Shown: in pieces, positions 12,796-23,731 of the stretch
Layout: every line of letters starts with the position of its first letter
How positions within the stretch are numbered: position 1 is the stretch's first letter
DNA from: Azolla caroliniana
Lineage: Eukaryota; Plantae; Polypodiophyta
Assembly (NCBI GenBank): GCA_043228905.1
Contig: JBHGNT010000001.1
Span: forward strand, 15,934,001 to 15,998,000
DNA: 64,000 bases
Direction: 5' to 3'
The notes under the pieces: generated by a model
Told to the model about the DNA's origin: nothing
The model's input: the letters and a program-made list of their open reading frames with translations, nothing else
Databases searched by the model: none
Made by a program: the position numbers and the translations under genes

Positions 12796-15700
12796 ATGAC
12801 ATCCTCAAGCAATCAAGCAGGAGACTTCGAAAGGATGATGTTGATCGTCGAACAAATGATGAGATCTCGAGACAACGATGCGAGCATGGAGAAGGCCGTT
12901 GACCGTGTCATAGAGCTTGAGGGCCAATTTGATGGGAGGAATGTTACGAAGTTCCTTAATGCATACAAAAGGGAGATGAATCAAAGAGACATGTCTGAAG
13001 CACGACAAATCACGAGTTTCAAAAGGGTGGTCGCCAACAACATCCAAAGACGCGTCATCGAGCTTCAAGAAGGTAAGACAACATGGTCTGAGTTTGAGAA
13101 AGCGATATTAGCAGAGTTCGTAACTGAAGACTCAACGAGGATGACTCGACATGCCCTGATGAAGTGGATAGAGAAGAAGAATAAGAAGATGAGCACCTCG
13201 AGGGTGTATGACGAATTCGACCAAATTTTTAGTCGTCTCCCCAACATGGAAGAAGTGTTACTTGAGGAGGACAAGACTTTGTACTTCTTGAAAGTTTTGG
13301 ACATGAAGGATGGACGAGAGTTGGGGACTCTCCTTGAAGATGATACCCAAGCGAATGGGCTTATGGCAGACTGGATTGCGGTGAAGCGGGCGTGCAATAG
13401 GCTCGACAAGCATCGCCAATGGGTTGATGACACCGACTTGGCGGGATCAACTGTCACGGAGAAAACGAGAGAACCGAAAGCAGTTGAGTTGCCCAAACAA
13501 AGTAACCCCGAAGAAAAGAAGATTGATGACAACATCATCGAAGAACTGGCGAAGAAGTTCGAGATGGTTACGCTAGCCAACATGAATCGTCGGGGGCCCA
13601 AAGGAAAAGAACCCTTTAGATGCGTGTGGTGCAATGGCATGGACCACATGAGAAGAGATTGTTCGAGCCTTCGAGACGCCATTCGACAAAATATCGTGTA
13701 CATAGATGACAACATGATCTGCTCGAGCGAGACTAGAAGACCCCTACGGGTGAATTTCGGAAGAGGAGGAATGAAGAAAGCTATGGAGGATGCCGATGTG
13801 AATCATGTGGATGTGATGCACTATGCTGCGTCGGCCGGAATAAGAGTTTGGAAAGACAAGACTGAAGCTGCTAGAGCGGGAGCAAAGTTTTGGACTTCCG
13901 TTCTCGAATATGAGAAGAAGGGAAAAGTCACTTTGAACGAAGTAGAGCTTGCGGATCGAAGTGTACAAAGTATAACCGGATGGTCGGATCTGGTGGATGA
14001 CAACACCATACTCGTGGAGGTGATGTGCGACAACCACGAGGTGTTTGTCGAAGAAAAGAGAAAAAGAATAGAAGAGCAAGGCCCATCAAAAAGGCATGAA
14101 ACAAGGAATGTGAAAAAGAAGAAAGATGCGGAGACAAGTCGAGCTTTACAAATGGAGGAACGAGAATCAAGCCGAAAAGGAGAGCTGAGCATATGAGTCG
14201 AAGAAACCGTATGACCCATGAAGGTTGGTGTCGAAGACCCCGTTCGGAGGACAAGGGCTATGCCTACCTATAAGCTAAGGTCGGACATAGAGCAAATGAT
14301 GGACCTAAAGAAGATTCTCGAAGAACGTGTTCTTGATAGCCACGTGACTTTGTCCTTGAGGGAATTTCTTGGCATTATGAAGGAGTTCCATGACACAATC
14401 GTGGACCTTGTAAAGAGAAAAAGACAACAATCGGACCAGCAAGAAGAGAAGCCGCAAAAAGCAAAAATGAATGCCATAACGATGGCGAGAGACGAAGTCG
14501 ATGAAGATATGGTGGATAGCCACTATACTCGACCTCATTGGGCACGAGCGACAACGGAGACGCCGGTGAAGATCGGGGAGAAGAAAGAGACCGTGGTAGC
14601 CTTGATCGACCATGGCTCGGAGATCAACCTCATGTCAACCGATTTCTACAGAAAAGGAAGATGGCCAATCAATACAAATCACGGATGGAAGATTCGCGCG
14701 GCAACAAAGACTACAGAGGACTTGTACGGAGCTTGTCCCAATGTTAAAGTCACGATCGGGGATGTGGAGATGGATCAACACTTCTTCGTGCAAGAATCGG
14801 CGTCGCATCCTATCATCCTAGGACAACCGTATATCACATCATCTCGGATGGAGACCAAAGTGTTCGATAATGGAGCAGCCTTCGCACGAATAAAGAGTCT
14901 TGACAACCAAAGATCGGTCCAATTCCTAACGGTGCGAGCTAATCATGAAAGAAATCGAGATAGTCTTGGAGAGACATGCTTGAGAGACATGGGAAGGCTT
15001 TCGCATTTTTCCCACGAGAAATCGGATGTGCTGATCCAAGGACGATAGAACCAATGGTGATCTTCATGGTGCCGCATGTGCCTTGGAATTTGAAACTGAT
15101 ACTGGTTCCAAGAGCACACCTACCGCAGTTGATCGAGCTCTTAAAGGAGAAGGTGAATATGGGAATTCTGGAACCGTCGAATGCTCCTTATTCCAATAGG
15201 TAGTTCACAGTGCCGAAGAAGAATGGATCATTACGATTCATCCAAGATCTTCAACCCGTCAACAAGATGACAATTAGAAATGCCAAAATCGGCCTGAGCG
15301 TGGACGAATTTGCCGAGGCGTTTGCGGGCCGGTCCATCTACTCCATTGGCGATCTCTACTCTGGATATGACCAATTCCAATTGGCGATCGACAGATGTGA
15401 CATTACAACCATGAGGACTCCGATCGGGCTTGTGCGGATGTGTACCTTACCTCAAGGCGCAACGAACTCGGTGGCTCATATGGTGAATGCCATGAACAAA
15501 GTCTTGAAGGATTGTACCCCGGACATCACAATGCCATCGTTGGATGATATTCCGATAAAAGGATGTTCAGATGAGGAGAAAGATGAATCGAAAGATAAGG
15601 AAGGCTGTAGAAAGTTTGTCACGGATCATATGAAAGATTGTGAGAAGGTGCTTCAAAGGCTCGAAGATGCGAATTTGACATTTTTGGGAGAAAAATCCGC

Positions 15701-16227
15701 ATTTGGGCAACCAGGGATCTTGGTGGTAGGTCACTTGTGTGGAGCATATGGCCGGAAGCCTTGGCCATCCAAAGTGAACACAATCCAAGACATGAAAGAA
15801 GAATGCGAAAACCAAACGGAGGTTCAAAGGTGTTAGGAAACAGGTCCCTCCGGATGGGAAGTGAGAAGAACAGTACTGATGAGCAAACTCAGCCGAGGCC
15901 GATAGGCCGAGGCCGAAACCGGATGAGGAGTACCCGGCAACGGAAGACCCGGTGAGAGCCGGATGACGAGTACCCGACAACGGAAGATCCGGTGAGAACC
16001 GGATGACGTGTGCCTGGCAAGCGCCGGATGATGCAGGCCCAGTGAGGAGTGCTCAACGGATGAAGGGACATATTCGTAAATATGTTTTCTGAGAGTCCAT
16101 CGTGGCTATATTTGTAAATAGCCGAAAAGTCATATTAGTATAAATATGACTTAGGGCAAACTTAGTGAGTGTTGTTTTTGTTTTTTTTAGTCATTCTTTT
16201 TGGGCGCAAGATTAGAGCGCAACAGTG

Positions 16228-16275
<48 letters not shown>

Positions 16276-18558
16276 ACGAAGAGTTCGTATCTCTGTTGTA
16301 ACCGCCGCCTGTGGCGAAGACAGTGAAAAAGAGGTTGTTGCCTTTGTGTTCATCTATTGTATATTGTTACATAGTGATAGTTAGCAATCAGTGGACTGCC
16401 GTGGTTTTTCCCGTGTTTGGGTTTTCCACGTAAACATCCTGTGTACTCTTCTCTCCATTGTGTCATGCATTCATTCCCATTTTTTGTGTTTGATTCTAAG
16501 CTTTGGTTGTGGCCGAGCGTTGTTCATCGGGAGCGTGTAGTTCTTGACAAAAGGTTCCTTGGAGCATACGCATTTTATCATATCTAGATTCCTCACTACG
16601 CTCATGTCGCCGAACCGTTATATGGACTACTAAAGAAAATAATGAAGTTCGAATGGTGAAGCGAGCATACAAACGCGATGCGAAGATTGAAGAAACTACT
16701 TCTTGAAGCTCCAGCACTAAGAAAGGCCGACTATACCGAAGGAAAGCTAATTTATGTGACTGTAGATACAACCCCAACCGGAATCGGGTGGGTCATCAAC
16801 CAAGAAGGAGATTTAAATAATGCGCGGTATGCCATCCGGTTCAGAGCAAAAGTTCTCAGCAAATGGCAACAAAGATACGCCCAAGTCACACGGGAACTTT
16901 GGGGTATTGTGTCGGCAGTGAAGACGGACAAAGATTACATGATCGGGTCGGAAGTAATAATAGAGACAGATTGTCTCCCAATCCTTGGAATGATATCGGG
17001 ATGTGCGACCCCAGATTTAGCTATGCTAAGGTGGATTGCCTATATCAAGTCTTTAAGCCCAGAGATCCGTCACATTGCAGGTAAGAAGAATGCCATGGCT
17101 GATATGCTGTCAAGGGCAAGATTTGAAAGTGAAAGTGACATGGTTTCGGAAGATGAAGACGTCACCCTCGACTTCTTCAAGATGGCTTGATTATTGGCGG
17201 AAGACAAGGACACGATAACCTTCCACGCCTTCAATGAGGACGTGTACGAAGGGGAGTGGTTACTAATCGGCAGATTCCGAAGATCAATGATGACGGATGC
17301 TTCGTTGACGAAGGAGGAGGCCCTACGAATCCGAAAGAAAGCTTACCAATACTTCTTGAAGGGAGGATTCCTTTGGCGACACCCAAAAAGGACAGGAATA
17401 CCACGTCGAGTGGTGGTGAAGAAACAAGAGCAAGTGAAGCTGATGACCGAATTCCACGAGAGTGCTTGGGCAGGTCATAGAGGAACATGGGCAACCTTCG
17501 AAAAGTTGAAGGAAAAGTAGTGGTGGCCGAGCATGTACAAAGATGTACTCTATTTCCTGTCCACATGCGAAATTTGCCAAGTACATTTGAATATACGTCA
17601 TCGTGATGAGTTATGACCAACATACCTCACCATACACTTCAAATGGATGGTGGATCTGGTCTCGATGCCAATGGGAGTGGGACAAATGAAGTACTTAGTG
17701 CTGGCAAGAGAAGACTTGACAAATCAAGTAGAAGGACGGGCCTTGACAAATAAGACGACATCAACTGTTTGCAAATTTCTACTTGAAGAGGTTGTTTGCC
17801 GATACGGATGTGTGGGGAAGATAGTCGCCGACCAAGGGGAGTTGGATGCACACGAAACAACGAACCTTTTCGAACGACTAGGCGTGAAGCTCTCCCTCAC
17901 GACTACCTACAATCCGGAAGCGAATGGGAAGATCGAGCAAGGCCATGTACCTATTGTCAAAGCCATTGTACGAGCATGTAACGGACGAGTCGGGAATTGG
18001 CCACGACTATTTCCCTATGCCTTGTGGGCCAACAAAACGACACACAACTCAATGACAGGGTATATGCCAACAGAGCTTATGTATGGACAAAAGCCGGTGA
18101 TGCCCATTGAAAGGACGATCAGGACGATCACCTCATGGGTAGCGATACCATGGGAGAACGAGATGAGCCGGGAAGAGTTATTAGCGACACAGATAAGGCA
18201 ACTTGAAAGGAGACCTGAAGATCTAGAAAAAGCGCGAAAGATAATGGAGGCAGCCTGAGTAAAGAACAAAATTCGGTTCGACAAGACGCATCGACTACAT
18301 CCCAAGAAGATCAAAGAAGGGGATTGGGTATTGGTCTACGACAATAGCCTTGACAATCAACACAGTACACCAAGGAAGTGCGCAAGAAGATGGTCTGGAC
18401 CATATGTGGAGCTAGATGGATCAAGGTTGGCCATACCCATTGCAGGAAAAAGAGTAAAGATTTTCAAGAAAAGACAAGATGAGAATCCTAACCTCGATCA
18501 CCTCGACGATGAAGATAGTAGGACAGAAGTAAATGAGGACGTGGAGGATTCATACTGA
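12796..18558 (+). pseudogene. Disrupted gag-pro-pol of Trp-primed gypsy copy 1
   Basis: gag with CVWCNGMDHMRRDC, protease ALIDHGSEINLM, RT LPQGATNS...LDDIPIKG, then RH and INT fragments. It has multiple stops, a deletion across the pro/pol junction (about 14970) and a solo LTR insertion. Confidence 0.88.
15831..16549 (+). repeat. Copia solo LTR (719 bp), related to the LTRs at 42525 and 51771
   Basis: TGTTAGG...TTGACA termini, TSD AAAGG on both sides. The host frame EVQR|FLGA is restored on removal. It shares GGTCCCTCCGGATGGGA and GGCTATATTTGTAAATAGCC with the copia E LTR. Confidence 0.92.
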
Positions 18559-18630
18559 TCACTACTACCGAAATCTCACTTTCTCTCTTCTTGGCACATA
18601 CCGGAGGACATGCGGTTTGGTTGGGGTGGA

Positions 18631-19536
18631 TGTCGTGAAGATTTTCGGCGATAGTGTGGAAGTTGTAAGGGACATTCGAAATCGAGTGTGGCTCTTCTCA
18701 TAAGAAAAACAAAACAATAATAGTGAAGATAATATTTTGAATAAGTTTAATATCTAGGTACAAAAAGATGGAGGTCTTCAAGAGCTTTCAAATGTGCTTT
18801 ACCACATAAAAAACGGATATCTAAGTGACAAGTTATGTGGGAGTGAAGTATGAGAAGGAAGAAGAGAAAAATAAAACTGTGAGATATCCCACATAGACAG
18901 GACAAACAAGGACCCTACAATATATAAAGTAGAGCAAAAGCTATCATCTTTGTGTCTATGTATGGAGCATAGAGAGTTCAAGGTGAATTGAACAAAGTTA
19001 ATATGATGAATGAGCGTGGCCTACTAGTGGATTTGGCCAACCGAAACCAGACCGGCGATAGAGCCGGTGAGCCGGCGACATCCGGCGAGACGACGACCGG
19101 ATAGATATATAAATAAATATATGTATACACATATATATATACACAAGGAGTGCAAGTGTGGATTTGAACCCTAGACCTCCAAGTTAAGAGTTTATAAGCT
19201 TACCACTAAGCCAAGACATTTTCTTAAAATCATATTTTTATCATTATAACTTTACATGAGAGCTAAAATGAGTGACATGATTATCATGCACCACATATAA
19301 TACATGAGTGCCAAATGGCAAACATGCATTTTATGCATGTCTTGTACCCTCAAATGCATGAGGGCATCTATAAAAGAGGGGAGGAAAAAGATGAAAAGGG
19401 AAGGTAAGATTTTTATCAAGAGCTTTGTGCTTTGATACCAAAATTAAAATTAAGAAGAAAATTCATTATCCAATTGATGTATTAATCTTTCTCTCAATCT
19501 AAAGTCAAACATTTATCTTATCTCAATCTCTCTCTC
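18631..19536 (+). repeat. First 3' LTR copy (lacks its 3' end) of Trp-primed gypsy copy 1
   Basis: Starts TGTCGTGAAGAT after the PPT region. It breaks in a (TC)n tract and jumps back to the PPT-proximal sequence. Confidence 0.88.
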
Positions 19537-19579
19537 TTCTTGGCACATACCGGAGGACGTGCGGTTTGGTTGGGGTGGA

Positions 19580-20620
19580 TGTCGTGAAGATTTTCGGCGA
19601 TAGTGTGGAAGTTGTAAGGAACATTCGAAATCGAGTGTGGCTCTTCTCATAAGAAAAACAAAACAATAATAGTGAAGATAATATTTTGAATAAGTTTAAT
19701 ATCTAGGTACAAAAAGATGGAGGTCTTCAAGAGCTTTCAAATGTGCTTTACCACATAAAAAACGGATATCTAAGTGACAAGTTATGTGGGAGTGAAGTAT
19801 GAGAAGGAAGAAGAGAAAAATAAAACTGTGAGATATCCCACATAGACAGGACAAACAAGGACCCTACAATATATAAAGTAGAGCAAAAGCTATCATCTTT
19901 GTGTCTATGTGTGGAGCATAGAGAGTTCAAGGTGAATTGAACAAAGTTAATATGATGAATGAGCGTGGCCTACTAGTGGATTTGGCCAACCGAAACCAGA
20001 CCGTCGATAGAGCCGGTGAGCCGGCGACATCCGGCGAGACGACGACCGGATAGATATATAAATAAATATATGTATACATATATATATATATATACACAAG
20101 GAGTGCAAGTGTGGATTTGAACCTTAGACCTCCAAGTTAAGAGTTTATAAGCTTACCACTAAGCCAAGACATTTTCTTAAAATCATATTTTTATCATTAT
20201 AACTTTACATGAGAGCTAAAATGAGTGACATGGTTATCATGCACCACATATAATACATGAGTGCCAAATGGCAAACATGCATTTTATGCATGTCTTGTAC
20301 CCTCAAATGCATGAGGGCATCTATAAAAGAGGGGAGGAAAAAGATGAAAAGGGAAGGTAAGATTTTTATCAAGAGCTTTGTGCTTTGATACCAAAATTAA
20401 AATTAAGAAGAAAATTCATTATCCAATTGATGTATTAATCTTTCTCTCAATCTAAAGTCAAGCATTTATCTTATCTCAATCTCTCTCTCCATTTCAAACC
20501 CTCTCTCAATCTATCTTAAATACTTTCTCACTAAAGCTTGTGTAAACGTCGAATCCTTCCGGTCCAGAACCCCGGCGGTTCCGCCTCATGATTCGCGGGT
20601 AGTGACGGATCTTCATGACA
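19580..20620 (+). repeat. Second, complete 3' LTR (1041 bp) of Trp-primed gypsy copy 1
   Basis: TGTCGTGAAGAT...ATCTTCATGACA followed by TSD ACGT; offset 949 bp from the first copy. Confidence 0.9.
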
Positions 20621-22789
20621 ACGTATCGTCGGGAATATGTACGTAGGCGATAGAACTGAAAATGAGGACACATGACAAATTCGGCTTCTTTACAAAGAAC
20701 TTCTCATGAGGAGTGATGTCGTGTACTCTTGAGGTTGTGCACTTATTCATGAGATATACGGCCGTGTTCACCGCTTTTGCCCAGTACGATTTCGGTAGGT
20801 TCTTCTCATTCATCATGGCTCGTGCGACTTCTACTATGTGGCGGTTTTTACGCTCAGCTATGCCATTTTGCTGAGATGTATGTTGACATGAGAACTCTCG
20901 TCGGATTCCTTCCTTGTGGAGATATGCCGTGAACTCATCCGAAAAATATTCTTTGCCTCCATCTGATCGAAGGCAACGTACATGCCAACCCGTGGCTTTT
21001 TCCACTTCGGCTTTGAACTTTTGGAAGTGGCCGAACACTTCACTCTTTTGCTTCATCGGATAAATCCAGGTATTTCTAGAGAAGTCGTCGTTGAACGTGA
21101 CATAGTAACGACATCCGCCGAAAGTAGTTGTTTGGGCTGGTCCCCACACATCTGAATGTATGACATCCAGGATCCCTTTGCTTACATTCCACTCTTTTGG
21201 GAATGGATGACGGTGTTGTTTTCCGAATTAGCATGCTTCGCACACGCCTGTGAGCTCCTTTGCCGTAAAGTTCGGGAGTCCGATTACGACCCCTTTTATC
21301 TGCATGTTCTGGAGCTTCTGGAAATTGATATGGCCGATTCTCTTGTGCCACAATTTTAAGTCGGTTTCAACTTTCTGGCCTTTTGCGTACATAGCCGACT
21401 TTACTTCGCTCGACTCGAGGATGAAAATACGGCCTTCTCGTCTGCCGTGAGCTACGATTTGATCGCCTTTTTCAATGAAGCACCCATCGTTGTTGAAGCG
21501 TACTTGCATTCCTTGTTCTACAATCTGGCCGACCGAGACCATATTTTTTGTGATGGTGGGAACATGCAGTACGTTCTTGAGGTAGGTCTGTTCATCGTCG
21601 TTTCCGAATGGGATATTCCCGATATGCTATATTGGATGAGTCGTATCATCACCTGTTTCGACATATCCGGGACGTTCGGGCTTCCGTAATTCCCGGAACC
21701 AATCTTCATGGGAAGTCATGTGATTGGAAGCTCCTGAATCGACAAACCATACGTTGTTCAGAGTGGAGGCGGTAGTTGACGCAAGTGTGCTTCGTGCTTC
21801 ATTATGAACATTCCGCAGTTGGAGTTCATGGCATAATTTGTTCGTTATCGGCCTTGCTCGCGTTTCTTCTTCTGACATTCCTCTTCGTAGTGGCCGAGTT
21901 TTCCGCAGTACCCGCACTCAACTGAGTTCCTACGGTTGCTTGGTCCGGCGTGATGACTCCCCCTTCCGCCGAACTCTCTGGGCCCGTTCCTGTCCGCTTG
22001 CCACTGGTGGGAGTTATGCCCTTGATTCCACTGATCATTATGGCCTTGTTCGAAACGACCTCTGTTTCCATGGCTGAAATCTCTTCTATTATCCGACTGG
22101 GAGTAGAGCAAATGACCATCTGATGCGTTGTTCCTCTGTCGGGCGTGATTCTCTTCAACCAGCAATATCGATTGAAGGTCGAAGAAGGAGGGAGGGTTCT
22201 CCCTTGCAAGAATGCCTGATCTAATCACGCCGAAATGCGGTGCTAAGCCTCCGAGGCATATCTGCACTAGTTCGTCATCATCAATGACGATGTTGATCAA
22301 TCCAAGAGCGTCACATAGCTCCTTGATCTTCAAGGTATAGCTCGAGATTGACATGTCCCTCTATTGAATGCTATTCAGCTCTTGACGAAGCTGGAGCTTG
22401 CATGCGGCCGTGCTGGCTGCGAAAATCTTTTTGAGATTTTCCCGGCGTTCTTGCCTCTCGAATGTAGCCAAGCATATGATCATGAACGCATGATGCTAGA
22501 CAATACAACACACGACTTGCGGCCTGCTCCCAAGCGGGATAGTCAGCGTGTGTTGGGTTGGGGTGTGATTCGTGAGCTCCTTCAATGTAGGTCCAGTAGC
22601 CTTGTCCGATAAGATATTGATGCATCTTGTATTCCCAAGATGCGAAGTTCGTTCTGTCGAGCTTCTCGGTAGGAAGAGCGCTTCCCATTTGAGTATTCAT
22701 GGTGATTTCTTCTCTGTTGATGAGCTGGTTCTGTTGATCGTCGACGAGCAACACAACACAGTCGAAAATACTTGATCAGGCAACCACAT

Positions 22790-22801
22790 GCACTGATACC
22801 A
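22790..22801 (-). promoter_or_regulatory. PBS tRNA-iMet of copia A
   Basis: Minus strand TGGTATCAGTGC (1 mismatch to TGGTATCAGAGC), abutting the LTR. Confidence 0.8.
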
Positions 22802-23079
22802 TGTTAAGAAATGGAGTCTGTGGTGATTGCAATGCAGCGAAAGGTGAACGTAGGTGTGTGTATGTGTAACAGCAGAGAGCTCAAGAGACAGAGATAGACT
22901 AAAGCGTATATTATGTTAACGAAACAAAATACATCCGACATTAACTAAGTTACAATGAGTTGGTTTATATACCAACTAAGCTAGGGCAAGCGCCCTTTCT
23001 ACTATTTACAAAACTAGCCTAGAATGTCCATGAACTAGTGTGAGACCTATCTATGGGAAGTTGAGTTTGATTCTCAACA
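22802..23079 (-). repeat. 5' LTR (278 bp) of copia A
   Basis: TGTTAAGAA...TTCTCAACA inverted termini, adjacent to the PBS and flanked by a (TA)n tract. Confidence 0.8.
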
Positions 23080-23103
23080 TATATATATATATATATATAT
23101 ATA
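23080..23103. repeat. (TA)n microsatellite at the copia A insertion site
   Basis: About 12 TA units directly after the LTR. Confidence 0.9.
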
Positions 23104-23172
23104 CAAGAGCAAGATACAACTCCGGCCTTGAGCCGGACCAAGGTAGGTTAGGTTACAATAACAATCTGGTGC

Positions 23173-23605
23173 TGTTAACTCTTCGGGCCGGACAATGGCC
23201 TAACATAGGGTGTCTACGTGAGACACTTCACCAAAGGGTGTTACGGCAACCGAATTAGACTTCAACGCTTAATCCGACTTAGTTAAGTTACTTATTAGGA
23301 TCGTCTTCATAACACGCATAAGATATAACAATTAAGACAGAACGACAATTGACACAGAGATATAACAACGCTTAAGCTTTCATTAATTAACCTCTAACTA
23401 TTACATTGTATCCGGGCCTTTAAATAGGTTTCCGGTCTGTATTACAAAACGGTGCCATCCGCACCTGTTCGGGATCGGTCCGGATCCGGAACGGCATACC
23501 GATTCCGGTCCGTCCGTCCACACTCATAGCTTAATTACAACCACATTCCTACTACTTAATTAGCTCTCCGTTTCCCACTCTGGACTCCTTTGCCGGCCGG
23601 TAACA
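23173..23605 (-). repeat. 3' LTR of Athila-like copy 2
   Basis: TGTTAAC...GGTAACA, direct repeat of 37918-38350. Confidence 0.95.
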
Positions 23606-23731
23606 CATGGCACGCCCGTGGGACAGTACCTTGTACGTCGAATCCACAACCGACCCTTGCTATTCTTCGTCCAAAATGTCTAGAATGCTTTGTTCGAGAG
23701 GCTCCAATGGTTCATCTGGAAGTGGTTGTTG

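Larger units (their letters stand above)
11657..20620 (+). mobile_element. tRNA-Trp-primed Ty3/gypsy element, copy 1 (decayed, three LTR copies)
   Basis: LTR termini TGTCGTGAAGAT...ATCTTCA(C/T)GACA, 4-bp TSD GCGT/ACGT, PBS at 12732, and gag/PR/RT/RH/INT fragments homologous to 55671-61312. Confidence 0.92.
10179..23079 (-). mobile_element. Ty1/copia element A, degenerate, interrupted by the Trp-primed gypsy (11657-20620) and by copia B
   Basis: gag 21845-22700, protease WFVDSGASNHMT, INT 20625-21150, RT 10179-11317. The frame YVHIPDDT|RQKLDPKSKKC is restored across the nested insertion. Confidence 0.88.
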
